Of a stretch of 64,000 nucleotides of DNA, positions 34,375-49,479 are shown one piece after another; the stretch's first letter is position 1, and the number at the start of each line of letters is the position of its first letter. The position numbers and the translations under genes were made by a program. Location: assembly GCF_000150275.1 (NCBI RefSeq), contig NW_002060943.1, forward strand, positions 3,003,264 through 3,067,263. The letters run 5' to 3'. The DNA is from Trichoplax adhaerens. Taxonomy: Eukaryota > Animalia > Placozoa. The notes beneath the pieces were generated by a model. That model searched no databases, had not been told where the DNA came from, and was given only the letters and a program-made list of their open reading frames with translations.

Positions 34375-37300
34375 TTAACCTTCAGATGTTGTCAATCGCT
34401 TTGTGGTTTTCCTAACAACGAATTCTTGATCGGAATTGGTTCGACCATTAATTCTACCGCTAGCCCAACGTACGGTAGTTCCATTACCATTATGATTATT
34501 GACGTTATTATTATCTCGTCTTGACATAGTACTTTGAGATCTGGCTAGTAGTCCACCTTTTGGAGGTAATGGGAAACGACTCTGCGTTACTGCAATTTTT
34601 GGTGAGGCTCGATCTGGCGAGGGAGAACGCTGTGGAGGCGATGTTCTCAGTATTTCTTCTTTATTTGCTTTGCGCGTACTGGCGAGATGATAATAACAAT
34701 ATGTATTAAATTTATTGAGATATAACAGTCCCATACAGTCTTAGTACTGAACATATTATGCCTGCTTATATATTTGGTATAGGACAAATTATATCATCAA
34801 CTTACTTTAAGGCATCAATAACAGCCATCTGAGTCATGATCTTCCTATTTGCAGCTCGCAACTTTGCAAGACCCGATTTCTTCCATAGAGATACTTGAGG
34901 AGATAACTATTGTATGCAATTATAAATTGAAATCAAATTAGAGCAATACATGCATCTATTCTAAAGTATTCTAATACAAGAGAAACTAGTAGATAGCAAC
35001 GAAAACAATTAATTTCTCATTCTAAGTTACTGAAAGTAAGTGAAGAAGAATATGATATTACTGCTAATTAATCCATAATATTAAGCCTTCTATTTTATAG
35101 CACTCATTGCAGGCATTCATAAGTAGCAGGCCGTTGGGATGTGATAAACTTATTTTATCCCATTTTAAAAAGTTCTTTAACGTAGATGGCTTTACCTCTC
35201 CTGATGGTGGAGGTGTATCAATCTCGGATTCCATCATTTTATTTAATGACTGTCGAAGCTCTTCATTGTGTTCTTGTAGTAACATAATACGAATATTATT
35301 GGCTTTAACTTGCTCTTCTAGATCATTGACACCCCCTAGACATAAAATATAATCAAATATTTCATTGAGACGGATTACATGTAGCAATTACTTAATAGAC
35401 TTCATCGACGACTGGAAATTTTATTTAAATTATGCCTTTCAATCATGGATTAATATTTTTATAATGACTAATCATCCCTGTAAATACAGACATAATCGCA
35501 ACATGAAAAATTTCGAGTGGTAGGCATTTAATGAATTAAAGCAATTAATAAGCAAAAAGAGAAATTATTGAGTATCTTACCACTCTCCAGTAAATTAAGA
35601 AATCCTCGTTCATCAACTGGTTGTTGAATACATAATAATTTTTCGTGTTGTTTGCCTTCATCGACTTGCTCCTGTAACTTGTTAATGCTATCATACAACT
35701 CTTCAATATTTCTTTCTAATCGTTCCTTCTCTTTCATAGCCTCTTTAATTAAACGCTAATTTGAAAGATTGAATAATAGTTAATTACAAATGGATTATAC
35801 AACAGTAAGATAATCCATCTAATTCCTTAGCAAAATAATTACCCTTTTTGTTTCTAATTCACCAAGCAATCGGTCAGCAACTTCTTCGCTATCTCTTAAT
35901 TGGGTCGCTAATTCATCGCGCCTTGCTTCTGCCTCTGTCAACATATCGCGTAATGACTCACATTTTTCATCTAATTCATCAACTCTTTTAACTAAAGCAT
36001 CGTGCTTGCCCCTCAAAACCTATTATATAACGATCATAACCATACATAGAGATTCATTAGTAAGTCAGTGAACTGCATAACTGCTTTCTTTCCTTCGTAA
36101 AATATAAGAGATTAGCGCAATTTGTATGGGAGTAAGACGATTTAAAGTAATAATGTCGTATACTGTGGTATAAGTCTTAACTGACCTCATCATGCTTAAG
36201 CAAGGTTCTGTTGTGCGCCTTAGCTTTGTTTAATGCTAAGCTAGTATCATTTAATTCTTCTTGAGCTTTCTCATATTCTTCCATAATTTTAGCAATTTCA
36301 TCTTCAGCTTTTTCCTTTTCAGTACGGATTTTTGACGCTTTATTCATTTCGTTCGTGACTTTATCTCTTAAATCGGTATTAGTCATCTCTATATTAGCAA
36401 AAGTTAGTAGACAGAAAATTAAATCAAATTCTTCGATTATCAAATCAACTTCAGCCGTAAAATTTAGGATTGAAAACTAGCTATGAAATTATATTTGTAA
36501 AAGATAAATGCTTGACAAACCTAATGTTTTACAAATAATTTGCTCTCTCTTTAATTCTGATCGAATACTGTCCAATTCTGTTTGAAACTTTTGCCTAGTT
36601 CTAATCAATTGGGTTTGTACATTTTGAGTTTCCTTTTCCGCTGTTCGGCATAATTGCTCTAGATCGTCAACTTTTCGTTCATATGTAGCTTTATTTTTTT
36701 GTAATTCAAGCTCGCCATCTTTAATTAGGTTTTCCAGATGTTGAATTTTCTCAGCTTGTTCTATTAATTGTTAAGAATGTCAAACTACTTTAAAAGTATT
36801 CTTTGTTTAGGTTAAATTGAAAAGTGCCTTTTAATAACTTGAGGTAAACTAATAGTAACCGAGGCTTACAAGTCTTACATCTTAATTGAGTACAAAGGTA
36901 ACTGGAAGACTTTATGGTATAAACAATTTAGAATTCACGATGGCTTAATTAGGCAGCTAATAACTATTTTAACTGATTTTAAAGCCGAAGATCTATTCTA
37001 ACCTATCTTACTTTAGTAGCACGTATGAGAATTTTTATCATAACTAAATATCAATATACCAATAAATCAATTACGAGACTCAAAAAATACATCTTAGCTT
37101 TGTACTAATACTGTTCAATGTAAAAATTTTATAGAGGCAATTTAATGGTACTGCGTCGAAAGCAATATAAGTACCTTTTTATGATATTTAAAGGTATATA
37201 GTAAAACATCGGAACTTTGAATTTAGCTTTGAATACTGTTTGAAAAGTGACCGATTTACCTCGAATTTTTTCGTTAGCTGTCCCCAACTCTGCCCTTAAA

Positions 37301-38649
37301 GGTCCAATCTGGCCATGCAAATTTTGTATAAAACGGCCAAGCAATTTTAAATCTTTTCTTTCTGCATTAGCCCATCGGCTAATATCCGAAGGTGATAGGG
37401 TTGTGCCATTATCAAGGACTTTTTCCATCATTGGTTGAATTTTCACCAATGAACAATGCAATTCGTAGGTTGTGCATAATTCCAAAAGTGTATTACCCAC
37501 TTCGCATAAGCAACATTGTGTCCTTAAGCAGGATTCACAGGGTAGAAATGCTGTCTCGATAGTTTGTGTTTGCGAATCGGTTACATTATGAGGACGAAAT
37601 GAGGAGACTGGACGAGCTGATTCCATAACTTTTCCATGAGTGATTCGAGGATTCCTGACTGGTGCACTCGATGGTCGACGAGGACGTGAATTTTCAGCAT
37701 CTTCCTCAGATTCATAATCAACATTATAAAATGAAGGTAAAGCTGCTGATTGACGTAGCGCACGGCACTCTTCCTTTAATGTATCAATCTCTTGACCAAG
37801 GCGTTCAATGGTTTGGCTTTTATTCTTAAGCTATCATTAGTAGGATTAAGGCAATGATAACACTGCATTAGATTAATTAAGAGAAAATATACAATCTGCA
37901 GAGTGTTCAATCAAGCTAGATAATGTATATTATAGAAAGTTCGAAATTTAGTTATCATTTATTTTTTTAACCTATAAAAATTTACAATTCTAATCTTACC
38001 TCCGTTTGTGTTTGTTGATAAGTCCTGGCAAAATGAACCACTTTATTCCAATATTTCTTGACTACTAAGCCAACAGAAGCTGCAGAAGCTTTAACCCGAC
38101 TTTGTCGTCGACTAGGGTTACTTTTATCCTCAGCATCGATCAATTGATCGGAGTAGGAGGCTAAACTTTGCATCAATAATAGCATCCTGATATTGTGACA
38201 ATATAAAATAAATAGTATTCAATCAGGGTAAATACACGTTTGATGTTAAAAACAATTGGCCATAAAACTGATGAAGTACAATCGACATTTATTGCGTTAG
38301 ACTGAAAATAATTTTGCTCTATCAACAATATTATTATTTTTAATTATGGATGTCCGTTTACACAAATGGCTAGCTCATTCTGTTTTGGTGCTGAATCTTA
38401 CCTATCGATTACCAACTCAAAAAGGACAATATGAGACATCTGCGAATGTTCTTTTTCTTTAGAGAAACGATAAATATTCAATAATTCATCAATTGGAATA
38501 TCGCAGGCCATACGATCAGGAAATTTCCATGATGGTGTATGAACTTTTTCATGTAGGCGATCGAAGACTTCCAGGACGGTGCTTTGCATATCTAAAACAT
38601 CCTGCTTTAAACTTTCCAAGCAATCTTTACTACCTAATAAGTACGTCAT
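34375..38649 (-). CDS. CCDC157: Coiled-coil domain-containing protein 157, multi-exon
   Basis: The N-terminus MTYLLGSKDCLESL...PSWKFPDRMACD...SHIVLFELVIDR|MLLLMQS and the later SQTQTIETAFLPCESC match CCDC157. Successive coiled-coil exon ORFs with GT-AG borders run down to the stop at 34375. Confidence 0.92.
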
Positions 38650-39010
38650 GATGATGCCGGTGACCAGTAATATCAAGTGTTGGAAAAATGAATTTTATTT
38701 CCTAGTGATTAAAAGAATTTAACTTTATTTCTTCATAGCTGTCTTTCCAATTACTAAATCTCTTTTACATCTTATAGTATTCGTCTAAAATGAGCAGTAG
38801 ATAGGCAATCCAATTTCTCTCCTAGATTTCTTTTAATGCAAGTTCAATTTTGCCCTCTATATATGAGCAAATAGTGTTATAGTTTATAGTTAGCATGTAT
38901 TTATTTCTAGAGAGTTAGTTGATTAATTGTATTTGTCATTATTTGGTAGCTTTTACTGTCTCTAACTCATTAATTATACAAGAATTTATCATGCATTAGA
39001 AGCTGACGGC

Positions 39011-39119
39011 GTTGTAATGACAACAACGCGTGCGCAATCGTTAGTTATAAGGGCCTACTATAGGATTCGATGACGTCCATGACTCATCAAAGTGCTGTTG
39101 CTATAGTAACCATGGTAAT
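39011..39119. promoter_or_regulatory. RFX X-box cluster upstream of CCDC157, with an AP-1 site
   Basis: GTTGTAATGACAAC (39011-39024), GTTGCTATAGTAAC (39097-39110) overlapping GTAACCATGGTAAT (39106-39119), and ATGACTCAT at 39079-39087. Confidence 0.65.
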
Positions 39120-40113
39120 GGATCTAGAACTATCTAGTACAGAAATGTCTTAGCCATCGAGTCCAATGTTGGATCAACATTGCAGATATAGATTGTACAT
39201 AATTGCTATAATAAACTTGATCATGTTTGGACACGTTATGTGCTAACAAGATTTCAATTGCTTATTTCGTGGGAAAGGGTATCAATATAAATTGTTAGTC
39301 TATTCAGGTCCATGTTAGACATGTATTATGTTTAGGATTTAAGCCTTTTGGCCATAAGAAGTAATTCGTCAACATCTGAGATTGTATATATATAATAGGC
39401 GATAAAAGACTCCGGTCGGAGTGTTAAGAGCACTTTAACCTTGACAATCTTGCCAGTATATTTTAAAGCTATAGGAATATGATGCGACAGGCTGAAGTTG
39501 TATAGACGATTACTGCACCTACTACTTTATTGTAGACAAAAAAAAATCTATTTCTGCTTATAAGTTTAAATATATAAATAGGATATACTGTATAGGCGAT
39601 AGTGGGATTTACTACTTTGTTATAGACAAGAAGGATTCATTTCTTTTTAGGAGTACTTGCAAAATAATGAAAGACTTTGATAAATGGCTGATTTGCTAGT
39701 ACAAACTATAGATGATTAGCCATCAGTGATCTCTACTATTAAAATCCTTGCCACTATGCCAATGCTATACCAACCAATATGTCAGAGTAACATGTTAACT
39801 TAATCTGATAACATATACGTATATGCTACACTAACATGTGTACAGCTTATTCAGAAAATGAATAAGTGGCAAGGTAACGGAGAAATAAAGACGAAATGTA
39901 TATTGTATATGCACCTGTGCTGTCGTGGCTCGTCCTATAACACGCATTATATATTATATATTTAATTCTTATAGTCATAAGCAAATATATCCACTTTTTT
40001 GTACGTATTTATATTGTAGAAATGTATTAGACGATTTCTGTACAACGTTAATCTATCAGCGCTAATCCTATATATTGCGATTTGCAAAAAGTCGAAGTAA
40101 GTCCATTCTACTT

Positions 40114-40134
40114 TCTCTCTCTCTCTCTCTCTCT
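40114..40134. repeat. (TC)n microsatellite
   Basis: About 10 TC units are seen directly. Confidence 0.9.
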
Positions 40135-41535
40135 GTAATGAGCAATTAATGTATCGATCCAGTTAAAATTTATACTTAGATCATGGCATACCTCCCGCTG
40201 TTTTATTCACTTTTGAGCATTCATCACTCATGCTTTTGCTTCTCTAATCTATGCCATAATATTTTACTATAGCAGCATTTTCACAATCAATCTCCGTAAC
40301 AGCCTTAAAATTGAATTTAGTAGTCTTCTTTATGCGTCATTTTGTCAACAATACTTCAAATTAAGACGATTTCTAAGCGATAGTGTTTTGTGATGCTAGC
40401 TAATACACATAAAAATCTAGTGTTATCAATACAATCTGTGTAGCTTTACTATCTTGACTTTCTATGTATGCAGAGAATGGGGATACAAAGAATGTAAGAA
40501 AAGTTACCACAATTTTCTGGCCATAGTACAGGAAATCTAATTATTAGAGTAACATCATATTTGATGACATTATTAGTGCAATATACAATATATTCATTAA
40601 ATTTCAGCAACAGCCTACGTTGCCCTTGTGTGTGTGTGTTTCAGACCCAATTTTAATCGTCAGAATTTGCCTGCTGTCTTATAAAGATATCGTTCACTAC
40701 TATTGTAGTTTTAGGTGTAAATTTCTTTCAATCTTTTCATTGTAATCCAAAATTTCTCGGCCAGTGCTACCTAGCTATAAAGAGGCTACGAATTTGTGTA
40801 GTAACAAACTTTTGTGCTTATACTGGTAAAGCTGCGTAGAAACTGTCCTATGTATCTTCTGACTAACGTCGAAATTTTTAAACAGATTTTGACTGTAGAT
40901 CGGTTGAGCTACATTTTGATAGTTATTTCATGAATTTATAGCATGTTGCCGATTCATATAATTACATTACGAAATCTTATTAAATCATATTTCTTTACTC
41001 ACTCGTAAATGAGTATTATCGATGGTCTGTAATACAAAAAACAATCTTATTAGGCCATACTACCTTTCCAAATATGAACAATTGATAGGCTAGCATGCTT
41101 TTAATTATATAATTACAGTTACGAAGAATACTATAGTAGCCAGCGAATATAGGAATCTTGATGCTAACCAACAAATGACGTCCGGTAGTTTATTGTTACA
41201 AACTTTGCATATTTTTATTTTCATTTGGATTTAATGATGTTAAGACATGATATCAACAATTTTAATAAGGTATTTTATAATTTTTAGCTATGAAGGTAGC
41301 GGTATTATAATTTAAAATTATGATTTAAATAGATTTTATATTTCGAACTAAATCAAATCAGGACTTCATTAAAATAGGGGTGCCACTCCTTTCTTATAGA
41401 GTCACAATCAGACGTCGTGTGCATTCCTCTGATGAAAGATAACAACGCATTAACGACATTATATCGTCCTATATTCTCAATTTAATCCTTATTTAATGTA
41501 TATTTGATTACATTATCTTAATAATCTTAACGCTA

Positions 41536-44500
41536 CTAGGATTTTGAATTAGTTGGAGATTGAATAGTTTTATCCCACGTTGCATTATTTACAGCTAAAG
41601 GATTAACGATAACCGTGCCTATGTCATTATTTTGAATTGATGTCTTTTTATGATTATTATTAACACTACCAGAACCAATGGAACTTCTTTTACTCGGACT
41701 GCTTTGCCGTCCTGAGCAATTTGTATCATTTGAAATGGGTGGTAAAACAGTTGTTTTATTCACCCGAACATCTCCAGAGTGATCATCGTAGATAATAAAG
41801 TTCTGATCGTGATAATCACCTGATAATCGTCTACTAGAATTTTTTGGGTTCGTCTTTCGTAAACCACCTGAATTATAAGGACCACTTTTATGATCTGATG
41901 AGGAATTAGGCGTTCTCTGGATACCATTAGCAGTTATATCTCCACGGCTATTGCCATGATGGTCAATCATGACAAATTGTGGAGATGAAGTTGTCTTTCT
42001 AATCGTCCTCATCCTACCACTACTAGATCTTGGAGCACCACTAGCCGGAGGAGATGGTGAAATTATCGGTCGATTAGCCGGCTGATAGTTTACGACTTGG
42101 TTTGATACTTGGATCAATTGAGTATTTAGTTGAGCAATTAATTTTTTACGTAGGTCTAACTCTTTGCATTGTTGCATAAGTTTATCGTCTTTCATTTTAA
42201 TAGCTTCTTGATGAGTCTCTTCGACCTGGTGAAGTCGATTTTTGAACTCTTCAATCATACAGTCCCTATTGGCAATATCTTGTGATAATTGATTATTTTG
42301 TGATCTCAATTGATCATTTTCTCCTCCTAAATCTTTCAGTTGATTTCTAATTCCTAAATTAATAAGAAATTAAAATCCATAATTTAAAAAACTGATTTCG
42401 ACTGTGCAGTCTCTTCTATTATGGTAAAAATAGAAATACAATTCAAGTTTGTCCATACTTAGCAATAACTTGAAGAAAGTTTTTTATCCGTATCAAACAT
42501 AAACATAAATAAACTGAATAAAAAAGCAATATGCCTATACGTTATATTGATTTCGGCTACGAGCAGGCCTTATGTAAACTACTGGAGCTAACACAATCAT
42601 GAACGAAAAATGCACACTACGATTGGATGATCAGTACTTCGAAAACAGATTTTAATGCCATTGACCTCTAATAATTATTAATCTCTACTTTGTGTCCGAA
42701 TTTACATCGTTAATATGCTATCCTATCAATAGCGAATAAGATTAAGTTACTTTATTATCCTAAAATTATGTGTAGTCTTGAGCGTTATGGCTCATATTAA
42801 TATATGCAAAACTCCTTATCATCGCAAATAAAATTACGTGCCAAGAGGATCTTAGTAGCTTGATTTAAATAGATATTGGTCACTTTAAATAATATATAGG
42901 ATCATAAAAATGATAGCAATATTTCTAATTAACAGTACTTTTCATTTTGTTTGATTCTCGTGTCCCATGAAAATAAGTTTAAGAAGATAAATAGTTAAAT
43001 TAGTTTCAAGAATAACTGTCCGACAGCGAAATATACAGAAGGTGACAGAAACTAAAATTTATTACGATTACTTCTGTCCTAATCTGTCCAAGTTGCCTAA
43101 GGGTATTATTTTGTGACATGTAATCAGTAAAAATGATAGCAATATTTCTAGTTAACTATATTGTTCATTTGGTTTTATTTCCGTATTCTCGTAATATATA
43201 TTCAAGAAGATAAATAGTCAAGCTATTTTCAAAAGAATGACTATCCAATAGCGAAATATAGATGGTAGAAACCGAATTATTACGTGGAAAGTATAGTAGT
43301 CTCAAGTATAAAAATTACTATCTGCTACGCAAAGTAAATCGTCCGGATAGAACTATGAAGTAAATACTACTAAGATTTTGAGCTTTACCCTCTGAATTGT
43401 AGATACCGTAAATATTCCACTATGCAATTAAAAACTGAATATTTTATGCTGAAATTCTAACAATTGTATTCTTAATCTTTCTTATTAATTTCAGGAACAT
43501 TTGAAATCTTGTAACTGTAACGTTAATAAACATATAATATTAGCTTCATCAATTTTCTAATATTGTCGCAGATAATCATCAGTGATTTGTCATAGGATGT
43601 ACAATAAGATTATTCAATGTCACTGGTATAAAGCAAAGTAGATAGGGGTAAATTTTAAATTAATGTAACTATGCGATTGTTTTCATACTCATCAATATCG
43701 ATATAATGTAGGGTAGCAATATTTTTCCTACAATTATCCTCTGCCATTGTAGATTGAGACACAGTCTCTACTACAACTTCGGATATGATTCATTGACATT
43801 GTTTTTAATTCCATGTAGGAAATTTTTAAAATCTTCTAATACTATTAATGCAATATCGACTCCTTTTGTAGGCACTGAATTGCTAAGTTAGATACAAGTA
43901 AAAAATTTAATTTTTCATGTCTTCCATCTTCTGTAGTGATTAACTGATCTTGTTCCAACAACATTAACTACCGTACAAATAATTCTGCTAACATGGATTT
44001 GTGAATGATTTCATTTACAATTTTTAGTATACTGTAATCAGCTATCATCTGTCAATTTTACTGTTATTTCCCTCGATGATGATCTATTAAGTATACATGG
44101 GCGATTAGATTAAAAGTTATTTCACTTCGACTTTTCTTACTGTATGTACCGCTACTCCGGTTTCTAGATTCGCATAACTTTGCTACATTCAAATCTGTTG
44201 CATAGATTTCATCATTATATCGGATAGTGTAGTAAGAAAAGGATGGCAGCATTAGTGCCTCTTTTAACACCGTGGACATAAATTTTGGATAATACATCAG
44301 AAAATTTATGATAAAGATGAAGCAAAGGTGATAAACTGTAGATCTGAATAATATATAGTAATTATGATCGTGCTAGTGGTTAGCAACTTGCCAGCTTTCG
44401 TCTATTTTATCCGCAATAATATTTAAATTTCTATCCTACTGAGGTTAGTTGTAAATTTTATATCATTTGCGATTACGAACAGTGAATGCTTCAATATTTT

Positions 44501-44950
44501 AGCCAGGACATACGGTAGTATAGTTTAAAGCCCGAATGATGAGGATAATAACTTAAAAGCTATTATCATCAATCATTAAGAATATACTCGTAGAATGGAG
44601 TTGAAGTGGAAAGTTTATAGGATTGCAGTAATAATATGACTTACTATTTTCATTCTCGGTATTCGTTTTCAGGGCTAATTCTAGCGTTAGATCTAGATAT
44701 AAGCAGAAATAGGACGAAAATAAATTAAATTACTGACCACTATCAACCTTTCTACGTCGACACTTGGTTGTCTAATGTTGATGATGATAATATGCGATAA
44801 TGTATCGAAAAGATTCAGATAAGACATACCCGAACATTTCTTCTGTAGTTTTTCAATTTCTTCATGTAGACTTTTTAGTGTTTTAGTATGCTCTTCCTGT
44901 AGATAGTGAATCGTAGTTGATGGTAATTTCTTTGAAGTTGGATGGCTCAT
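41536..44950 (-). CDS. CCDC92: Coiled-coil domain-containing protein 92; 3 coding exons (about 44950-44830, 44692-44645, 42353-41536)
   Basis: IHYLQEEHTKTLKSLHEEIEKLQKKCS|DLTLEL is the CCDC92/74 N-terminal motif. It is followed by ELDLRKKLIAQLNTQL, VLPPI and PLAV as in CCDC92. The phase-1 introns are compatible. Confidence 0.85.
42906..43280. repeat. Imperfect direct duplication (about 150 bp x2) in CCDC92 intron 2
   Basis: aaaaatgatagcaatatttcta...aagaagataaatagt...agcgaaatata occurs at about 42906 and about 43129. Confidence 0.8.
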
Positions 44951-45480
44951 TATAGATACAAATCAAAATGTAGCGCTAGTATGAAGTAGTTTGTATTTCT
45001 TTAAGATGAAAACCAAGACAGGAAAATTATTGATGTACTTGGTATAATTATATATCCGCGTTGAATATATTATATACTATATAATTTAGGTGTGCTGAAA
45101 AATAAATCCTCGACTTCCTTCGATCTGTCCACAATATAACTTTGGTTAGCGTATTACAAGATAAATCCAATTCTAATTAAGAAGTAGATATAGCAATCAA
45201 AATAACCATAGACGTTCCTTAGTAAAAATCGATATTCTACCACTTGATCGCCGAATGATATATCTTAAGATTTCTTTATTCTTGTTAGTGATGGTTCACT
45301 GGCGTCAATGAAGAATCTTGATCGATGAATAGTGATTTTAAACAAGTTTAAAGACTATCATCAGTTTTAATTTAATCAAGTGCAAGTCTATAACGGTAGG
45401 AAAAAAGTCAATAACTGAGTTCACGTCGAGTAATCACTTAAACTTGGCCTAGAGCTGTTGGTGCCGCAATGACATGAGCG

Positions 45481-45557
45481 GTTGCTATGGTGATACAAGA
45501 TATCAGCCGATAAATATGACATTGCACTATTAAATAATGCTGACTTGAGGGGCGTGG
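45481..45557. promoter_or_regulatory. X-box-like site and Sp/KLF GC box upstream of CCDC92
   Basis: GTTGCTATGGTGAT at 45481-45494 and GGGGCGTGG at 45549-45557, in a locally GC-richer patch about 0.5 kb upstream of the ATG. Confidence 0.5.
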
Positions 45558-48500
45558 AGTTAGGCTTCCTTGATTGAAAACTTCTTGTATAGATATAATA
45601 ATCAAAGCCTATTTGTTTTAGACTGCATTCATGGTACTGATATGCTTAAGTATGTGGTGTAGTATTCTCATCACTTAATTTTTTTCTAACGCATGTTTTG
45701 GCTGGATAGAATAAAAAGTTTTATTAAGAATAGAGATACAGGTGACAAGGTATTAATTACCAAGTGGTATTGATATCAATAATAATATAGGTTATAACTT
45801 TCACAACGTTAGAGTTTACTACTAGCATAAAAATATTGAATATTTTATTTTAACAAAGCTTATCTGTGGGATGTAGGAAAATATACCACATATTGATGTA
45901 GTGTTTAGGTTGTTGATAGATCATTAAAAATAAATTGGAATTGCAGACACCTGGATTGACTAAACTGAGTCATAAGATTAGATGGAATTTAATTCAGTTG
46001 ATGTAGATGTAATTTAGACTAGCTACCCATTGAAGTTGCCATCAACTTAGTTTTAATGCTGCTTTAATAAGCGCCTATGTTAATGTATTTCACGTCATAC
46101 AAAAAGTGCGATATCTTAGCCACCATATACCATCAGGAACCATCTCCTACTAAATAGCTAATCTTGAATCGAGCTTTGCAAAAGTGATTTACTAGTGGTC
46201 GGAGTTATTTATGTGAGAGTTGTCTTCTATTTATTAAATTTTTCCAATCAACCTATTTTAGGTATTTTATAGCTAGCGCCAAATATTACCGGATTTCGAG
46301 TACGTTTAAATTATTCTTTAACGCTGAAAAAAGAATTTCAATATAAGTTCTATGCCTTAAATATAAAACAAAACATTGAAACGATGATAGCTATAAAAGT
46401 ATTATAATAGCATTCTAAGACAGAAACCCTGCATCTGCGAAATAATTCAATTCATATTTTGTTCCCACCCCTTTTATCGCTTTTCATGTTTTTATTTAAC
46501 TTAGGCAAGCATTGCTTTCTTACAAAATTGAAGATTTATAATAAAAGGATATAGTGATATTCATGATGCATTGCAAATGCTAATTAATTGATGCATAGAG
46601 ATTAATGAAATTAAATATTTAGTTGATAAAGCGATTTCAGCTTTTGAGTACTTGGATTTATTATTTATAATGCCTATAGCATAAATTTAATAAAATTTCG
46701 AAGCAAAAAAGTATCGCTTCTGCCTCGTAAACGACCAATAAATGTTTTCTATTTAAAGTTGTTGGAAGATGTTTATTAAGTTTAAAATGGAATTATACTA
46801 ACATGCAAGACTGCAGCTATCCTCTAAATATTTCTTCTGTAAAATATCGTTAAATATTCTAACGTATTAGAAGAATGCAATAAAGTAGCGCTTAAAGCGT
46901 TACCACTGAGTTTGTTCTGAATGTATTTTCATGGCAAGTTCTACGATTAATATACGCGCAATTTATAACATATAATTAATAAGGTTACAATTCGTGAATA
47001 TTTCTTATCGCGCATATAATCTATTGTAGTTTCATATGCCATTTTGGCAAGTAAATCGTGGAAGTTAAATTAGACAGGTTTTGAATATTAATCCATATCT
47101 GTTCTATAGCGACTAATACGATATGAATCAAATTCATAAAAGATTTAAAAAGTGCAGATCTAAAACTTTGAGATTAATTTGTATGTAATAGCTTTTAGGC
47201 AACTCTTAACTATGCATATAAGCTTAATTTTAGATGTAACATCACCAAATAATTGCAGGCTGATAATATTAAATTGAAATATTCGCCTGAAGGTCTCTCT
47301 ATATTTATAATGCTTTAAAAATCCTCTTTTATGTTGGCATTTTTGTTAAGCACAAAACCATTCTGATTGAGATATAAAAATTACTAATATTTCTTTATTA
47401 AGCCTACTCTAGCACCATTTTAACATCGGCAGCCAGCTATTCTCTTAATGATAGCCGAGGTCGGGTTTTAGCTCGATCATATATTACTGTAAGCAGTTAT
47501 GATTGGGAATGTAAGCTTTGCTTTCGCGTTATTGAAACGTTGTTAGCCAATAAATCATCAATTGGCATATCGTTATAAATTTTATACTAATAAAAATTAA
47601 TCATCTAATGAAGTAGAGCATTTATTTTATTTCTCTAGGATATGTCATAGTTGTTGTAGAAAATAATAATTGCAATCAAAGTTAACTAAATTGGATTTTT
47701 ATCCATATTTATCAGATTTTTACCGTAATAATTATATACCTAACTTAGGAATTACTTAGGTGGTGATGTGATTAAAGATACTGGTAAAACTGGCAATATA
47801 ATAAGAATTTAAAAGCATTATCGTATTGTTTAATTTGCTACATTCCATAAAAACATTAATTCATTTATGATCTTACCCTTCTTAAAGCTTTTCATGCAAG
47901 TATTATTGTCACTTTAAGCAAAATCTAGGCAGTCATCTAGCTAGATTAGGTAATTTTTATAGTAAATAGCTGAAATAACGTAACCTTAACTACAGAATAA
48001 CAAGATTAACATTCCTAGTGATAGCATCCAAATATAGGAACTAATTGAAATTACACGTTACAGGATATGATCTTCATTGCATTGCATTACAGTTGCACTT
48101 CTTAGATAATACATATAAGAAGATAAGAAATTACTGGATATTTTTTGTTAGAAAATACAATATAAAGTTCATGCCAGCAATTTATTGATTGCTTCTAACC
48201 AAATAGCAGAAAACTATTCCCAAATCTATCTAATTTAGAATTACGTATTTGGTCTTGTCACTATTATTTATTTGCTATTAAAATCGATGTATGTCAAAAA
48301 ATTCAATCACAAATGTAATAGACTAATCTTGTATCTTTCAATCAATAGATATAAGTTTCTAATTTGGAATTTATTCACAGGTTGAACTTGCAAGTTCAGT
48401 AATTAGAAAGACTATTCAATATATATGATGCGAAGAAATTTCCTAATTCGACACCTAAGATCAGTTAAATTCCGGCATTCATTTTGTACGGAAAGATATT

Positions 48501-49479
48501 TTACTAATCAAAGTCTACATTTTAAGATTTATTATTTCTGGCATTTTAAAACATCATGTTCATGGTATAGAAGAATAAACATTTGTAAGCAATTCCGTAT
48601 GATAAGTTTATTAAAAAAAGCATTTTAAACTTTTATTTTACTTGTGGTGCAGTAAATAGGTGGATCACAAGCTGCAAACGCATGGCTTTTGAAAATGCGT
48701 GCAATGATGTAAATTTCTAATACGGCAGAATAAAAATAGAGAGAAATGTAGTATGACAATTGAAGTCAATGATGATAAATTGCCATGATAATATTTCACG
48801 TTTACCTATGGATTACTAGTTGCACCTTACCTTCATTTTTAATTAATCAATCATTAAACTTAAAGTTCGATTTTGATAATAAATTAATCAGATACGCGTA
48901 TACAGCAGTACCGCCGTCATAAACACAAGTGTTCTGGCAGTAAGATCGATTTCCAATTTTTAAAAGCCTCATTTCTGAAAGGACGTAGTACGAAAGTAAT
49001 TACGTTATGATTCTATGCTGATATACATTTAAACCAGATGATTATACTAGCAAATTTCAATGTAAATGAAAATACCTGATTTTGATCAGATATCATTCAT
49101 AGTTCGTTATTTCCTGAAAAAAAATTAATATGATATCAGATCTCTGTATATCCGTACACGGATTTAATATCGTAAAGTAGAACATAAGAAGATTTTTACC
49201 ACTTGGATGCGTAGGGGTACTAACATTACAATTGACTATTTCCATGGTAATAAAATATCAGCTTTATATAGTCCAATAGTAAAAATGCTTCCATAGTAAG
49301 TTGATTAAGAGATTTTTAAATAAGTAATAGAAAATTGGAGTATAGTAAAAATTTATAATTTGTTACAAGACTTTAAACTATGATTTCTAGTATTGATAAA
49401 TTGTTGCATAATGCTCGGATACTAAGGCAAAGCGTACAGCGTTAAATTGGTGTTCAGAATCTTGATTACTAGATCGCTT

